A stretch of DNA of 64,000 nucleotides from Methanobacteriota archaeon (lineage in GTDB: Archaea > JAADCQ01 > Methanopyri > Methanopyrales > Methanopyraceae): positions 140,521-204,520 of the forward strand of contig JAMOPO010000052.1 in assembly GCA_027064425.1 (NCBI GenBank), written 5' to 3'. Both the position numbers and the translations under genes were made by a program. This document shows, piece by piece, positions 1-9,228 of the stretch (positions are counted from its first letter, which is position 1; every line of letters begins with the position of its first letter). The notes beneath the pieces are model-generated. The model made no database searches. It was given only the letters and a program-made list of their open reading frames with translations, and was not told the origin of the DNA.

Positions 1-1105
1 TGACCCCCACGCACCTCACCCGGTACCTACCGTCCTCGAACCCGATATCCTCCGGGTCGACGCCCACCTCCACCCGGGGAAGCTCCGCCTCCGCCCCCTC
101 GAACTCCGCATCCTCCCTCGGGGTTCCCTCCAGGAAGACCCGCCGGGGTTCGACTTCCTCCAACCCGCTCAGCACGACCACGTCCGCGTGGTAGCCGGGG
201 GCCAACCGACCGGTCCTCAGCCCGTAGCACAGGGACGGGTTCAGGGTCACCGTCCCGAGCGCCTCCAGCGGGTCGAACCCCGCCTCCACGGCCCGCCTGA
301 CCATCTTGGCCAGCGAGACCTCGTCCATGTCGCTCGCGTGGAGATCATCCGTCACGAAGCACACGCCGCTGAGATCGTCCAGCGCCTCGAGGGCGGCCTC
401 CAGGTCCCGGGACGAGGAACCCTCCCGGACGAACGTCCACACGCCCAGCTCACGCCTCCACCGGAACTCCTCCCCCGTCGAGCACTCGTGGTCGGTCTCC
501 GGCCCCGCGGAAAAGTACCGCGCGGCCCCGGGACCCACGAGGCCGGGGGCGTGCCCGTCGACCCTCAGCCCCATCCGCCGGGCCAGCCGCACGAGCTCGT
601 CCTTCCGCCCCTCCAGGACCCCCTCCACGTCCATCATCTCGCCCAGCGCCACCACCATCGGGTGGTCGGCGTACCGCTCCACGATCTCCGGCGTCACCTT
701 CCCCCGAACGGTCTCGAACGGCTCCCCAAGGGCCGGCACGCACGATGGAAGCGCCAGGTAGAACTTGAAAGGTCGGGCCCGCTCGGCGGTTCTCAGAGCC
801 CACCTCAACCCCTCCTCGCCCGCCACGTTCACGACCTCGTGTGGATCCCACACGACCGACGTCACGCCGCGCTCGGAGACGACCCGCGCGTAGCCGGGCG
901 GGCTCAGACCGGAGCTCTCCACGTGCACGTGAGCGTCCACGAAGCCCGGGCAGATAACCCCGTCGACCTCGATCACGTCCACGTCGCCCAGCTCGTCGGG
1001 CAGGTCGGAGAACACGCCCAGGATGCGACCCCTCTCCCAGACGACGTAGCCGGGACGAACGCGCGAGAACCAGGGGTCAACGACGCGACCGTGAAGCGCC
1101 CTCAG
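1..1105 (-). CDS. ade: Adenine deaminase (amidohydrolase family), 3' end outside window
   Basis: Missing from the ORF track because it runs off the edge. Manual minus-strand translation gives PGFVDAHVHVESS, GVTSVVWDPHE, LGEMM, VDGHAPGL, TDHEC, REGS, FVTDD and TLNP. Probable CTG start at 1105. Confidence 0.88.
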   Translation of the reverse strand, partial: MRALHGRVVDPWFSRVRPGYVVWERGRILGVFSDLPDELGDVDVIEVDGVICPGFVDAHVHVESSGLSPPGYARVVSERGVTSVVWDPHEVVNVAGEEGLRWALRTAERARPFKFYLALPSCVPALGEPFETVRGKVTPEIVERYADHPMVVALGEMMDVEGVLEGRKDELVRLARRMGLRVDGHAPGLVGPGAARYFSAGPETDHECSTGEEFRWRRELGVWTFVREGSSSRDLEAALEALDDLSGVCFVTDDLHASDMDEVSLAKMVRRAVEAGFDPLEALGTVTLNPSLCYGLRTGRLAPGYHADVVVLSGLEEVEPRRVFLEGTPREDAEFEGAEAELPRVEVGVDPEDIGFEDGRYRVRCVGV

Positions 1106-1148
1106 CGACCGTCCCCCCGAGGGAAGGAGGTACGGCGGGGAGGTAGGC

Positions 1149-1262
1149 GCGCGGGGTCATCGGTCGGCTCGTCGGCCCACTCCCCCGCGCTTGTGGCCCG
1201 GCGGAGCCCACGCGGGGTCATCCCCGGAGTCTCCGCGTCACCCGCGCCGGTTGGACCGGGCC
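1149..1262 (-). ncRNA. Box H/ACA guide RNA plus a second K-turn hairpin (Pab21/Pf1-like)
   Basis: Minus strand: lower stem GGCCCGG/CCGGGCC followed directly by ACA; upper stem CGCGGG/CCCGCG closed by UGA..AUGA (K-turn). Pocket strands AACCG and GGCUCC pair around conserved 16S GGAGCC-U-G-CGGUU, 14 nt from ACA. Second stem GCGCGGGG/CCCCGCGC at 1149-1190. Confidence 0.75.
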
Positions 1263-1302
1263 GTGCCCCGTCCCCAAGTCGCGGCGTATGAAGTTACCGC
1301 CT

Positions 1303-2367
1303 CTAAATCATCGACCCCCGGGCCACGCAGCGCACGTACACCCAGGCCGCCACCAGGAAGTTGTACACGACGGCGCCGTCCAGCAGGGCCCGGGCGAGGG
1401 CCGGGGGAACGTGCACCGCCGGGGTGGGAGGCGGCGGGAGGAACAGATCCTCCAGCCTGTAAAACCGACCATCCTCCGCGTTGAAGTATCCGTGGCTGGC
1501 GGAGACGTGCAGCCCCGCGGCCACGGTGAACAGCGCCCCCGTCGAGAGGAGGAGAAGCCCCAGCCGCTCGGACGCCAGGCACGCGGCCGGACAGCTCACC
1601 GCCCAGTAGTTAGGGTTAACCACCTTGGAGAACGCCAGGAGGGCCGCCCCCACCGCGCACGAGCGACGCTCCGGCTCGCCCGGGGCGACGAGTGGGAGGA
1701 GCATGGCGGCGGCCAACAGCGCCACCGGCAGCTCGGTGGGCGGGGTGACCAGCGTCCAGATGGAGCAGTTCTGCGGCGGGCGGCCCATCTGGAACAGGAC
1801 CACGTCCTGCAGGAACGCCCAGCCGTTGCCAAGGAGGTACGGGACCAGGACGACCGCCGTGACGAGCACGAAAGCGATCAGCGACTCGCGGCGCAGGTGA
1901 GGGAGGGCCAGCAGTCCCGCGGTGGGCTTGGTCCAGAACGCGAGCGCCGCCAGCGTCCCGCCCAGCCAGCGCTCCCGCATGATGATCGCCGCGAGGGCCA
2001 TGGAGACGGGGATGGGATCCAGCTGCCAGAACGCGCACGGGTAGGCCGTGGAGAGCGCCACCACCAGCTGTCCCGTCCGACCCATCCCCACGCGGCGGGC
2101 GCAGTAGACGCACGCCAGGGTCCCGATCCACACGGGGAGCTTCCACAGGAGTCGGAAGCGCCAGTCGAGCGGGTTCAGCCCCAGCAGCCCGTGCCCCAGG
2201 TACCAGACGAGTGCCGGGAGCAGGGAGCCGAGGGGAGGGTAGTGAACGTCGGTCTTAGCGTAGTAAGTCAGCGGGTGGGAGATGATCTTGGGGCACCAGC
2301 TCATCCACTTCTCGTAGTCCGGGGCGTACACGGCCGTCAAGAGCCACCAAATCACGTCCGCCATCAC
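1303..2367 (-). CDS. Polytopic membrane protein, GT-C/GT87 (DUF2029)-like glycosyltransferase
   Basis: Many hydrophobic helices; D..W..W, YPPL, WQLD and K.P motifs typical of GT87/PIG-M-like enzymes; GGAGGTGA SD. Confidence 0.55.
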   Translation of the reverse strand: MMADVIWWLLTAVYAPDYEKWMSWCPKIISHPLTYYAKTDVHYPPLGSLLPALVWYLGHGLLGLNPLDWRFRLLWKLPVWIGTLACVYCARRVGMGRTGQLVVALSTAYPCAFWQLDPIPVSMALAAIIMRERWLGGTLAALAFWTKPTAGLLALPHLRRESLIAFVLVTAVVLVPYLLGNGWAFLQDVVLFQMGRPPQNCSIWTLVTPPTELPVALLAAAMLLPLVAPGEPERRSCAVGAALLAFSKVVNPNYWAVSCPAACLASERLGLLLLSTGALFTVAAGLHVSASHGYFNAEDGRFYRLEDLFLPPPPTPAVHVPPALARALLDGAVVYNFLVAAWVYVRCVARGSMI

Positions 2368-2388
2368 TTCACCTCCGGACCCTGCGAC

Positions 2389-2448
2389 GGTCCGCAGCTC
2401 GTGCCCTCGTCATCGGTTCAACTCAGAGAAGGCCAGATTCTTCATCCC
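2389..2448 (-). ncRNA. Box C/D sRNA, probable 16S rRNA guide
   Basis: C AUGAAGA (2445-2439), 12-nt guide AUCUGGCCUUCU, D' CUGA, C' AUGACGA, 12-nt guide GGGCACGAGCUG, D CGGA. Guides complement conserved 16S CAGCUCGUGCC and GAAGGCCAG. Confidence 0.8.
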
Positions 2449-2514
2449 GTCCCCCGATATCGTTACGCGATCTTTAACGATTCGCGGCAAAGAGGAGGAG
2501 GGGGCGTGAGGGGG

Positions 2515-3567
2515 TTAGAGCTTCAGCGTGCCCAGGCTCACCGAGCCCAGGTACTTCACGACCGGCGAGGCCAGCGTCGTCAGCAGCTGGTCCATCGCCT
2601 GGACCACTGGTGCCACGATCTGCGCGGCCTGCTTCACGCCCTTGTCGGCCAGGTACCCCACCAGCGCGGTGATCACCGGCACCGCCAGGCCGGCGGCGCT
2701 GGCGGTCGTGACCACCATCTTGCCCTCGATGCCCAGCTGCTCAGCCAGGTCCACGATCACGTTGTCCAGCGTGGCCACACCGGCCAGGTACATCGCCAGC
2801 GTGACCACCGGCGCCAGCAGCGTGCCGACGTCCAGCATCGTCAGCGTGTTGACGAGCTGCTTGTGGTCCATCGCCCACCCGGCCAGCAGGTCGGTCGCCA
2901 GTGCCGCCGTCAGTCCGGCTCCGACGACGACGTCCTGCTCGACGTACTCACGGATACCCAGCTGGTCCAGCAGGCTCTGCAGCGTGCCCTTCAGGTCCGT
3001 TCCTAGCGCGTCATCGATCGCACTGGTGATCGGGTACCCCATCAGCGCGTCCAGCATGGCGATCGCCGGCACAGCCAGCAGCGCGTCCTTGACCAGCGCT
3101 CCCGTCAGGTGGACCGGCTTCACCGCCGGCGCCACGACCTCGACCGTCACCTCCTTGGTCGCGGTGCCACCCTTGATGCCGTACTGCGGCAGGTCTGGGA
3201 ACCGCGCGGTCACCGTGATCGTGTGCTTACCCGGCGTCAGCTCCAGGGTCGCGGTCACCGTCTTGGTCTCGCCGAGCCGGTACGGTGGGGTGATCTTGGT
3301 CGTGTGGACCACGTTCCCGTCCACGGCGAACGTCACGGTCGTCGGCGTGCGCCGGATCGTGTACGGGTAGTTACCGGACCACGTGATGACCGCGGTTACC
3401 TGGACGGCGGCCTTCTTCTCGCCCGGCTTGAGCTGAACCTTGGCCGGCGCCTGAACCTCCTTGATCTCCGGCTTGATGGTGTACTTAGCACCGTACACCT
3501 TGGCCTCCGCGGCGCCCACTAGGGCGCCCGCCAGAGCCACGAGGAGGGCGAGGAGCAGGCGCTTCAT
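2515..3567 (-). CDS. Secreted/surface protein: signal peptide, Ig/CARDB-like domain, hydrophobic C-terminal half
   Basis: MKRLLLALLVALAGALVGAAEA signal peptide; Thr/Val-rich beta domain with PGKHTITVTA; Ala/Leu-rich helical C-terminus. Confidence 0.7.
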   Translation of the reverse strand: MKRLLLALLVALAGALVGAAEAKVYGAKYTIKPEIKEVQAPAKVQLKPGEKKAAVQVTAVITWSGNYPYTIRRTPTTVTFAVDGNVVHTTKITPPYRLGETKTVTATLELTPGKHTITVTARFPDLPQYGIKGGTATKEVTVEVVAPAVKPVHLTGALVKDALLAVPAIAMLDALMGYPITSAIDDALGTDLKGTLQSLLDQLGIREYVEQDVVVGAGLTAALATDLLAGWAMDHKQLVNTLTMLDVGTLLAPVVTLAMYLAGVATLDNVIVDLAEQLGIEGKMVVTTASAAGLAVPVITALVGYLADKGVKQAAQIVAPVVQAMDQLLTTLASPVVKYLGSVSLGTLKL

Positions 3568-3599
3568 GCGAGGTCACCCCGGACCCGCGGGCCGATCAG

Positions 3600-3620
3600 A
3601 CTTATTTTACCTTTTTGGGA
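3600..3620 (-). promoter_or_regulatory. Putative BRE/TATA promoter for the secreted protein gene
   Basis: Minus-strand AAAAAGGTAAAATAAG about 35 nt upstream of the ATG at 3567, in a GC-rich background. Confidence 0.55.
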
Positions 3621-3635
3621 AACCTTGGTCGGTGA

Positions 3636-4616
3636 TTAGTCCTCAAATCCCATCATCTTCCTCAACTTCCGCCCTACCCGCTCGATCTCGTGGTTCTCGA
3701 TCTCCTTGCGCAGCCGCCGGAGCACAATTCGTCCCGACTCGTTCTCCATGGTCCACTCCCGGGCGAACTCGCCGCTGCGGATCTCCTCCAGCACCTTCTT
3801 CATCTCCTCCTTGTTGATGATCCGCTTGCCGCGCGTGAGTCCTCCGTACTCAGCGGTGTTCGAGACGGCCTCCAGCATCCCCGTGAGTCCCTTCTTGTGG
3901 ATCAGGTCCACGATGAGCTTCAGCTCATGCAGCGTCTCGAAGTAGGCTACCTCCGGCTGATAACCCGCCTCCACCAGCGTCTCGAAGGCGTACAGAATCA
4001 GGTACAGCACGCCGCCCACCAGGTCGACCTGCTCTCCGAACAGATCCGTCTCGACCTCCTCCCGGAACGTGGTCTCGATGACGCCCGCGCGGGTGAACCC
4101 CATGGCCTTGGCCATGGCCAGGGCGATGTCCTTCGCCTTGCCCGTGTAGTCCTGGTGCACGGCCACCAGGGCCGGGGTGCCGAACCCCTCCGTGTACAGC
4201 TTGCGCACCATGTCCCCCGGTCCTTTGGGTGCTACTAGGATCACGTCTACGTACTCCGGCGGTTCAATGAGGCCGTAGTGAATGTTGAACGCGTGGCTGA
4301 AGCCCAGCGCGTCTCCCTTGCTCAGGTTGTCGTGAATGTGTTCTCGGTACACCTTGGGCTGGACCTCGTCGGGGATCAGGATGTGCACGATGTCGCCCTG
4401 CTCGGCCGCCTCCGGGATCGGCAGGACCTCGAACCCGTCCTCCTTCGCCCGCTTCCAGGACGGTCCGCCCTCGCGCACGCCGATGATCACGTCGACGCCC
4501 GAGTCCCGGAGGTTCTTGGCCTGAGCCTCGCCCTGATTCCCGTAGCCGATCACCGCAACCGTCTTGCCCTCCAGCACGTCTAGGGAGGCGTCCTCGTCCC
4601 CGTAAATCTTGGCCAA
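3636..4616 (-). CDS. ilvC: Ketol-acid reductoisomerase
   Basis: [48 protein letters not shown]. Confidence 0.97.
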   Translation of the reverse strand: MAKIYGDEDASLDVLEGKTVAVIGYGNQGEAQAKNLRDSGVDVIIGVREGGPSWKRAKEDGFEVLPIPEAAEQGDIVHILIPDEVQPKVYREHIHDNLSKGDALGFSHAFNIHYGLIEPPEYVDVILVAPKGPGDMVRKLYTEGFGTPALVAVHQDYTGKAKDIALAMAKAMGFTRAGVIETTFREEVETDLFGEQVDLVGGVLYLILYAFETLVEAGYQPEVAYFETLHELKLIVDLIHKKGLTGMLEAVSNTAEYGGLTRGKRIINKEEMKKVLEEIRSGEFAREWTMENESGRIVLRRLRKEIENHEIERVGRKLRKMMGFED

Positions 4617-4635
4617 GCCGCCCGCCCCGCTGGCC

Positions 4636-4920
4636 TCAGTCGGACTTAACGATGCCCTCCTTAACCAGGTCCAGGAGGCCGGCCTCCTCCAGCGCCTCCT
4701 TCACCTCCTCGTCCGACGCGCCCCGCTCGATGTCGATCTTCTCCGGCGTCGGCTCCAGGTGCTTCACGTTACACCTTCTCCGACGAACCCCGGTGATCTC
4801 CTTCGGGCCGGTCACGATGACGAAATTCTCATCTATGATGTCCACGACGACGCAGTACCTGCCGGCCTCCCTGCCGGCGGTTTTCACGCAGATTCGACCG
4901 ATCTCGATCGGGGCCGCCAC
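4636..4920 (-). CDS. rpl14e: 50S ribosomal protein L14e
   Basis: [47 protein letters not shown]. Confidence 0.95.
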   Translation of the reverse strand: MAAPIEIGRICVKTAGREAGRYCVVVDIIDENFVIVTGPKEITGVRRRRCNVKHLEPTPEKIDIERGASDEEVKEALEEAGLLDLVKEGIVKSD

Positions 4921-4944
4921 GGCATCATCCCCCGGGGGTTCCGG

Positions 4945-6405
4945 TTGGCCAGGTTGTTCGGCAGGTCGGCGTGGCTTGCCCTAGCAGCCGGTTTAACAAC
5001 GTTGTTGGCCTACTTGGCGCACCTCGGGCACGAGTCCGTGACCCACGCCCCGAACCGTCACGCGGCCGAAAACGCCCCGCTCCACTACGCGATCTGCGCC
5101 ATCATCGCCGCGTGCGCGGTCCGGCTCACGCCGGGTTATTCAGCCCTGAACGTCCTCCTGAACTGCGCGCTCAGGGAGACGCCGAGACCGCTACCGACCG
5201 GGCCGTGGCTGGCGTGGCAAGGGCTCAAGGTCGGGGCCCTGATCGTCCTCCTGCACGGATTCCCCACGGTCCCCGTCGTGCACTGGATCGCCTCCGGCAA
5301 CCCGGCCCGGGTGGTCCTGGCCCTCGGGATCCTGCTCGGTCCCCCGTTCAAGGTCAGGGCCGCGATGCTCCTGCTCTCTCACCTGGCCAGCGCCGCGCTG
5401 GACGCGCAGGAGTACGCGAACGACCGCGAGCTGCTGGAGTCCGCGATGATCTCGCACGGCCTCCGCATCGCGGCCGTGGTCCTGGGGATCGCCACCGTCA
5501 CCCTCGCCACCTACCCCATTATCTCAATGTACCTCCTCCCACTGCTGGCCTTCCTGGCGGCCCTCAGCCTGCACCTGTGGTCTCAGTCCCGGCTTCCATG
5601 GCGGGAGTACCGCCAACTGAGCGGGCTGATCGACCGGATTAAGCGAGGCCTTATCCTGGCGGTGGCGCTGCTCCCCACCGTTCCGGTCCTGGACCTCCTG
5701 ACCGGCGTCCCCACGGAGCTGACGATCCACGCGTGGGCCACCATGGTCGGAGAGGCCGTCCTGCAGCCCCACTCGGTGAAGCTCGACCCCGCCTCCTACC
5801 TGACCCAAACCCCCGCCCAGCTCTCCCGAGCCTGGAGCGCGGGACGCTCCCCGGTGTGGGGCGTCACCGGAGACCGGCTGCAGGTCGTGGTCAGCGACGG
5901 GCGCGGCCACGGCTGGGTCATCGACCCCAGGTCCGGGGCGATCAGAGGTACTCTCAAGGTTCCCATCGAGGCCATTGAGCGGCAGGAGGACGCGCTCCGG
6001 CGTGCGTTCCCGTACCTCCGACCCGGGGCGCCCGTGCTGAGGGACGGTCGAGTCCGGGTGAGCGCGTGGATCGTCGCCGACGTGTGGCTGCCGTTCCTGG
6101 GGTTCACCCTGGCACTGCCCGTCTCGGGTGATCCGGCCCTCCCGAGGAACGAGTGGGGGCTCGCCTGGTACCCGGCCCGCTGGAGGGGTCGACTGGTGCC
6201 CGTGCTCATCCCGATCGAGACGCTGGCGATGCCGGTCCTTGAGGTGCCGGGCGAGGCCCTGGTCTCGATCCCCCCGCCGCGTTCCCTGAAACTGTGGCTG
6301 CACGGGCCCGGGTTCGTCCGCATCGACCGGGGGAGGGTGATCCTCCTGAGACCGGAGTATCGGTCCGACGGGACGCTGAAGCGCCTGGAAGCGATCAGGG
6401 TGTGA
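4945..6405 (+). CDS. Uncharacterised membrane protein with soluble C-terminal domain
   Basis: 3' part of ORF 4609-6405. Start re-called at TTG 4945 after a GGGGG SD to avoid overlapping rpl14e. Several TM helices. Confidence 0.6.
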   Translation: MARLFGRSAWLALAAGLTTLLAYLAHLGHESVTHAPNRHAAENAPLHYAICAIIAACAVRLTPGYSALNVLLNCALRETPRPLPTGPWLAWQGLKVGALIVLLHGFPTVPVVHWIASGNPARVVLALGILLGPPFKVRAAMLLLSHLASAALDAQEYANDRELLESAMISHGLRIAAVVLGIATVTLATYPIISMYLLPLLAFLAALSLHLWSQSRLPWREYRQLSGLIDRIKRGLILAVALLPTVPVLDLLTGVPTELTIHAWATMVGEAVLQPHSVKLDPASYLTQTPAQLSRAWSAGRSPVWGVTGDRLQVVVSDGRGHGWVIDPRSGAIRGTLKVPIEAIERQEDALRRAFPYLRPGAPVLRDGRVRVSAWIVADVWLPFLGFTLALPVSGDPALPRNEWGLAWYPARWRGRLVPVLIPIETLAMPVLEVPGEALVSIPPPRSLKLWLHGPGFVRIDRGRVILLRPEYRSDGTLKRLEAIRV

Positions 6406-6418
6406 GGGGTACGGTAGC

Positions 6419-8884
6419 GTGAAGGCGGCCGTCTTCCTCGAGCGGAAGGGGAACAAGGTGCGGATCGCGTTCACCGAGGACGATCCCAGGTCCGGGGCGG
6501 AGATAGAAAGGGAGGCTCTGCTGGAGCTGGGCCCGGACGAGCGGCCGGTGAGAGGCGTGCTGGACGGTGATCCGACCCCGCCGGACAAGATCCTCAACCG
6601 GGTCCGGGCGGCGGGCACCGTTCTGGCGCGCGGGGACCTGGCCAAGACCGCCGAGCGACTTCTCGGCGGCAAGGTCGAGCGGGCGGAGTTCTGCCGCCGT
6701 TGCCTGGCCTCGGACAAGATCACGGTCCTTGACGGCGGGTACAAGTTCGGGGACGTGCGCGTCTGCGGGGAGTGCGCCGAGGAGATCCTGGAGGAGGAGC
6801 TGAGGTTCCGCGTCCCGAACTTCTCGCAGACCCTGCTGGAGCGCCTGAAGGAGCTCTTGGACCGGTTCCGCGACGTCGACCGCGTGATCGAGATGGTGGA
6901 CCCCTCGTTCGACCCGGCCCGCGAGGACGAGAAGACGCGGTGGGACGTGGTCGAGGCGGAGGATGAGGAAGAGGAGGAGCGCCTGCCGATCTCGAAGGTG
7001 GACGCCCCGGCCCGACTCATCAGCCTCCTGCGCGAGCTCGGGTACCGCGAGCTGACCCCGGTTCAGACCAAGTGCGTACGCGCGGGCCTGCTGGAGGGCG
7101 AGAACCTGCTGGTGGTGTCTCCCACCGGGTCCGGGAAGACGCTCGTGGCCGAGCTCGCGGGCCTGACCCGGGTGCTCGAGGAAGGGAAGAAGATGGTCTA
7201 CCTGGTGCCCCTCGTGGCGCTGGCCAACCAGAAGTTCCGCGAGTTCCGGGAAAAGTACGGCGAGAGGCTCAACGTCGGCGTCCGACTCCAGGTCGGTGCG
7301 ACCAGGCTGAAGGAGTTCTCGAGACCGGAGCGGGGCCCCGACCCGGAGGAGGCGGACATCATCGTGGGGACGTACGAGGGGTTCGACCTGCTCCTCCGCA
7401 CCCGGGCGATCGACCCGGACGAGATCGGTGTGGTTGTGATCGATGAGGTGCACAGCTTGGCCGACGAGGACCGAGGTCCCCGGCTGGACGGTCTTATTTG
7501 CCGCCTTAAGACCCTGACCGACGCGCAGCTACTGGGCCTGTCGGCCACGGTGGGCAACCCGGAGGAGCTCGCGGAGTACCTCGACGCGCGCCCGGTCATC
7601 CACGAGCGGAGGCCGGTACCGTTGGAGTATCACCTCGTGATCAACCAAGACCGACGGCAGAAGTGGGACCGCATCGCCCGGCTCGTGGAGGCGGAGTGGG
7701 AGACGGAGTACTCCACCGGCTACCGGGGCCAGACGATCGTCTTCACCCACTCCCGGCAGAACACGCACCGCCTGGCCGACTTCCTCCAGGAGCGGACGGG
7801 GCTGGACGTCGCCCCCTACCACGCTGGGCTGCCCTACGACCGGCGCAAGTCGACCGAGCAGGCCTTCGAGCGGGGCGAGCTGGCGGCCGTCGTCACGACC
7901 GCGGCCCTCGGCGCGGGCGTCGATTTCCCAGCCTCTCAGGTGATCTTCGAGAGCCTGGCGATGGGTGTCGAGTGGCTGACGCCCATGGAGTTCCAGCAGA
8001 TGGCGGGGCGGGCTGGACGGCCCGGTTACCACGACCGGGGCAAGGTCGTCCTGATGGTGGAGCCGGGGCGCCGGTACCACTCCGGTCAAGAGGACACCGA
8101 GGACAAGGTCGCCTTCCGACTGCTCGAGTCGGAGCCGGAGCCGGTCGAGGTGGAGTACGACGATGAGGACGAGCGCGAGCAGGTGCTGGCGCACGTGGCC
8201 AGCGGCGCCGCCTCCTCCCCGGAGGAGCTCCGACGGGTCTGCTCCGAATCCTTCGGGTTCGCCGGCGACCCGGAGCGGAGGCTCAAGGAGCTTCGGGAGA
8301 TGGGGTTCGTGAAGGGGTTCAAGCTGACGCGCCGGGGCCGGGTGGCCGCCCGCTACTTCGCCGGACCGCGCACGGTGCACCGGCTCGTCGAGTCCGAGCG
8401 AGAGGATCCACTGCAGGCCGTGGCCGAGGTGTGCCCGTTCGAGCGGCTGCAGCTGTCCCCCTCGATCCGGCGGGCGGTCGAGCGGGTCACGAGGATGTCC
8501 GTGCCCGCCCGCTTCGAGGACGCCCTGGAGGTCATCCACTCCGAGCGCCGCGAGGTGCTTGAGCACCTACCCAAGAAGGAGCGTGACCGACTGATCAAAC
8601 TGATCCGAGCGGTGGACTGCGGGTGCGATGCGTTCCCGCACTGCGATCACGTGCCCGCCAAGGCCTCTGCGCTGCTGCTGAGGACGCGCTTAGAGGGTAA
8701 ATCAGTCTTCGCCATGCCCAGGGAGCTGGAGCGGAGGTACGGTCTAACGGCGTACCCGACCGACGTCGCGAGCTGGCTGGAGGAGGTGATCCGGCTCCTG
8801 GAGTGCGCGGCCGAAATCGCGGAGGAGCCGGGGATGAGGGCGGCGGCGGAGGCCCTCGCCGATCCCTGGTCTACCCGCCGCTGA
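6419..8884 (+). CDS. SF2 DEAD/DEAH helicase with N-terminal Zn site (DUF5814/MJ1401-like)
   Basis: LTPVQ Q-motif, SPTGSGKT, DEVH, LSAT, YHAGL, QMAGRAGR; CxxC pairs at the N-terminus and CGC..PHC at the C-terminus. Confidence 0.9.
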   Translation: MKAAVFLERKGNKVRIAFTEDDPRSGAEIEREALLELGPDERPVRGVLDGDPTPPDKILNRVRAAGTVLARGDLAKTAERLLGGKVERAEFCRRCLASDKITVLDGGYKFGDVRVCGECAEEILEEELRFRVPNFSQTLLERLKELLDRFRDVDRVIEMVDPSFDPAREDEKTRWDVVEAEDEEEEERLPISKVDAPARLISLLRELGYRELTPVQTKCVRAGLLEGENLLVVSPTGSGKTLVAELAGLTRVLEEGKKMVYLVPLVALANQKFREFREKYGERLNVGVRLQVGATRLKEFSRPERGPDPEEADIIVGTYEGFDLLLRTRAIDPDEIGVVVIDEVHSLADEDRGPRLDGLICRLKTLTDAQLLGLSATVGNPEELAEYLDARPVIHERRPVPLEYHLVINQDRRQKWDRIARLVEAEWETEYSTGYRGQTIVFTHSRQNTHRLADFLQERTGLDVAPYHAGLPYDRRKSTEQAFERGELAAVVTTAALGAGVDFPASQVIFESLAMGVEWLTPMEFQQMAGRAGRPGYHDRGKVVLMVEPGRRYHSGQEDTEDKVAFRLLESEPEPVEVEYDDEDEREQVLAHVASGAASSPEELRRVCSESFGFAGDPERRLKELREMGFVKGFKLTRRGRVAARYFAGPRTVHRLVESEREDPLQAVAEVCPFERLQLSPSIRRAVERVTRMSVPARFEDALEVIHSERREVLEHLPKKERDRLIKLIRAVDCGCDAFPHCDHVPAKASALLLRTRLEGKSVFAMPRELERRYGLTAYPTDVASWLEEVIRLLECAAEIAEEPGMRAAAEALADPWSTRR

Positions 8885-9203
8885 GCTCCTCGAGCGCCCG
8901 GCGCGCGAGCTCCGCCGCCTTCCTGCCCCGGACGGTTAACGCCCCCTCCACCTCCGTGCCGAGCACCGTGGCGCGAATGCGGGCCTCCACCTCCTCCTCT
9001 CGCACCTCACCCTCAACGTCCACGGAGTATCGATCCTTCGCGTCCTTCAGCCTCACCTGGTAGGAGTCACCCTCTAGCTCGACGTCGATCTCCGCATTCT
9101 TGACGACGTCGACGACGGCCACCACCGACTGCTCCAGCACCTGCATCGCGAGCCGCATGACGTTCTCCGGCGTCATGTACTTCTTCACCAGCTTGTCGAG
9201 CAA
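8871..9203 (-). CDS. Hypothetical protein
   Basis: Acidic, typical codon usage from TTG 9203 (LLDKLVKKYMTPENV...), preceded by a GGGGG SD. Confidence 0.65.
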   Translation of the reverse strand: MLDKLVKKYMTPENVMRLAMQVLEQSVVAVVDVVKNAEIDVELEGDSYQVRLKDAKDRYSVDVEGEVREEEVEARIRATVLGTEVEGALTVRGRKAAELARRALEELSGG

Positions 9204-9228
9204 GGCGGTGCCCCCGGTGGTGGTACCC

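Noticed and set aside
1149-1190. Hairpin as a SECIS element
   Set aside because: No neighbouring UGA-containing gene; GA/AUGA closure fits a K-turn attached to the H/ACA RNA.
188-3006. Long + strand ORFs 188-1291 and 1288-3006
   Set aside because: Shadows of ade, the GT-C gene and the secreted protein gene on the minus strand.
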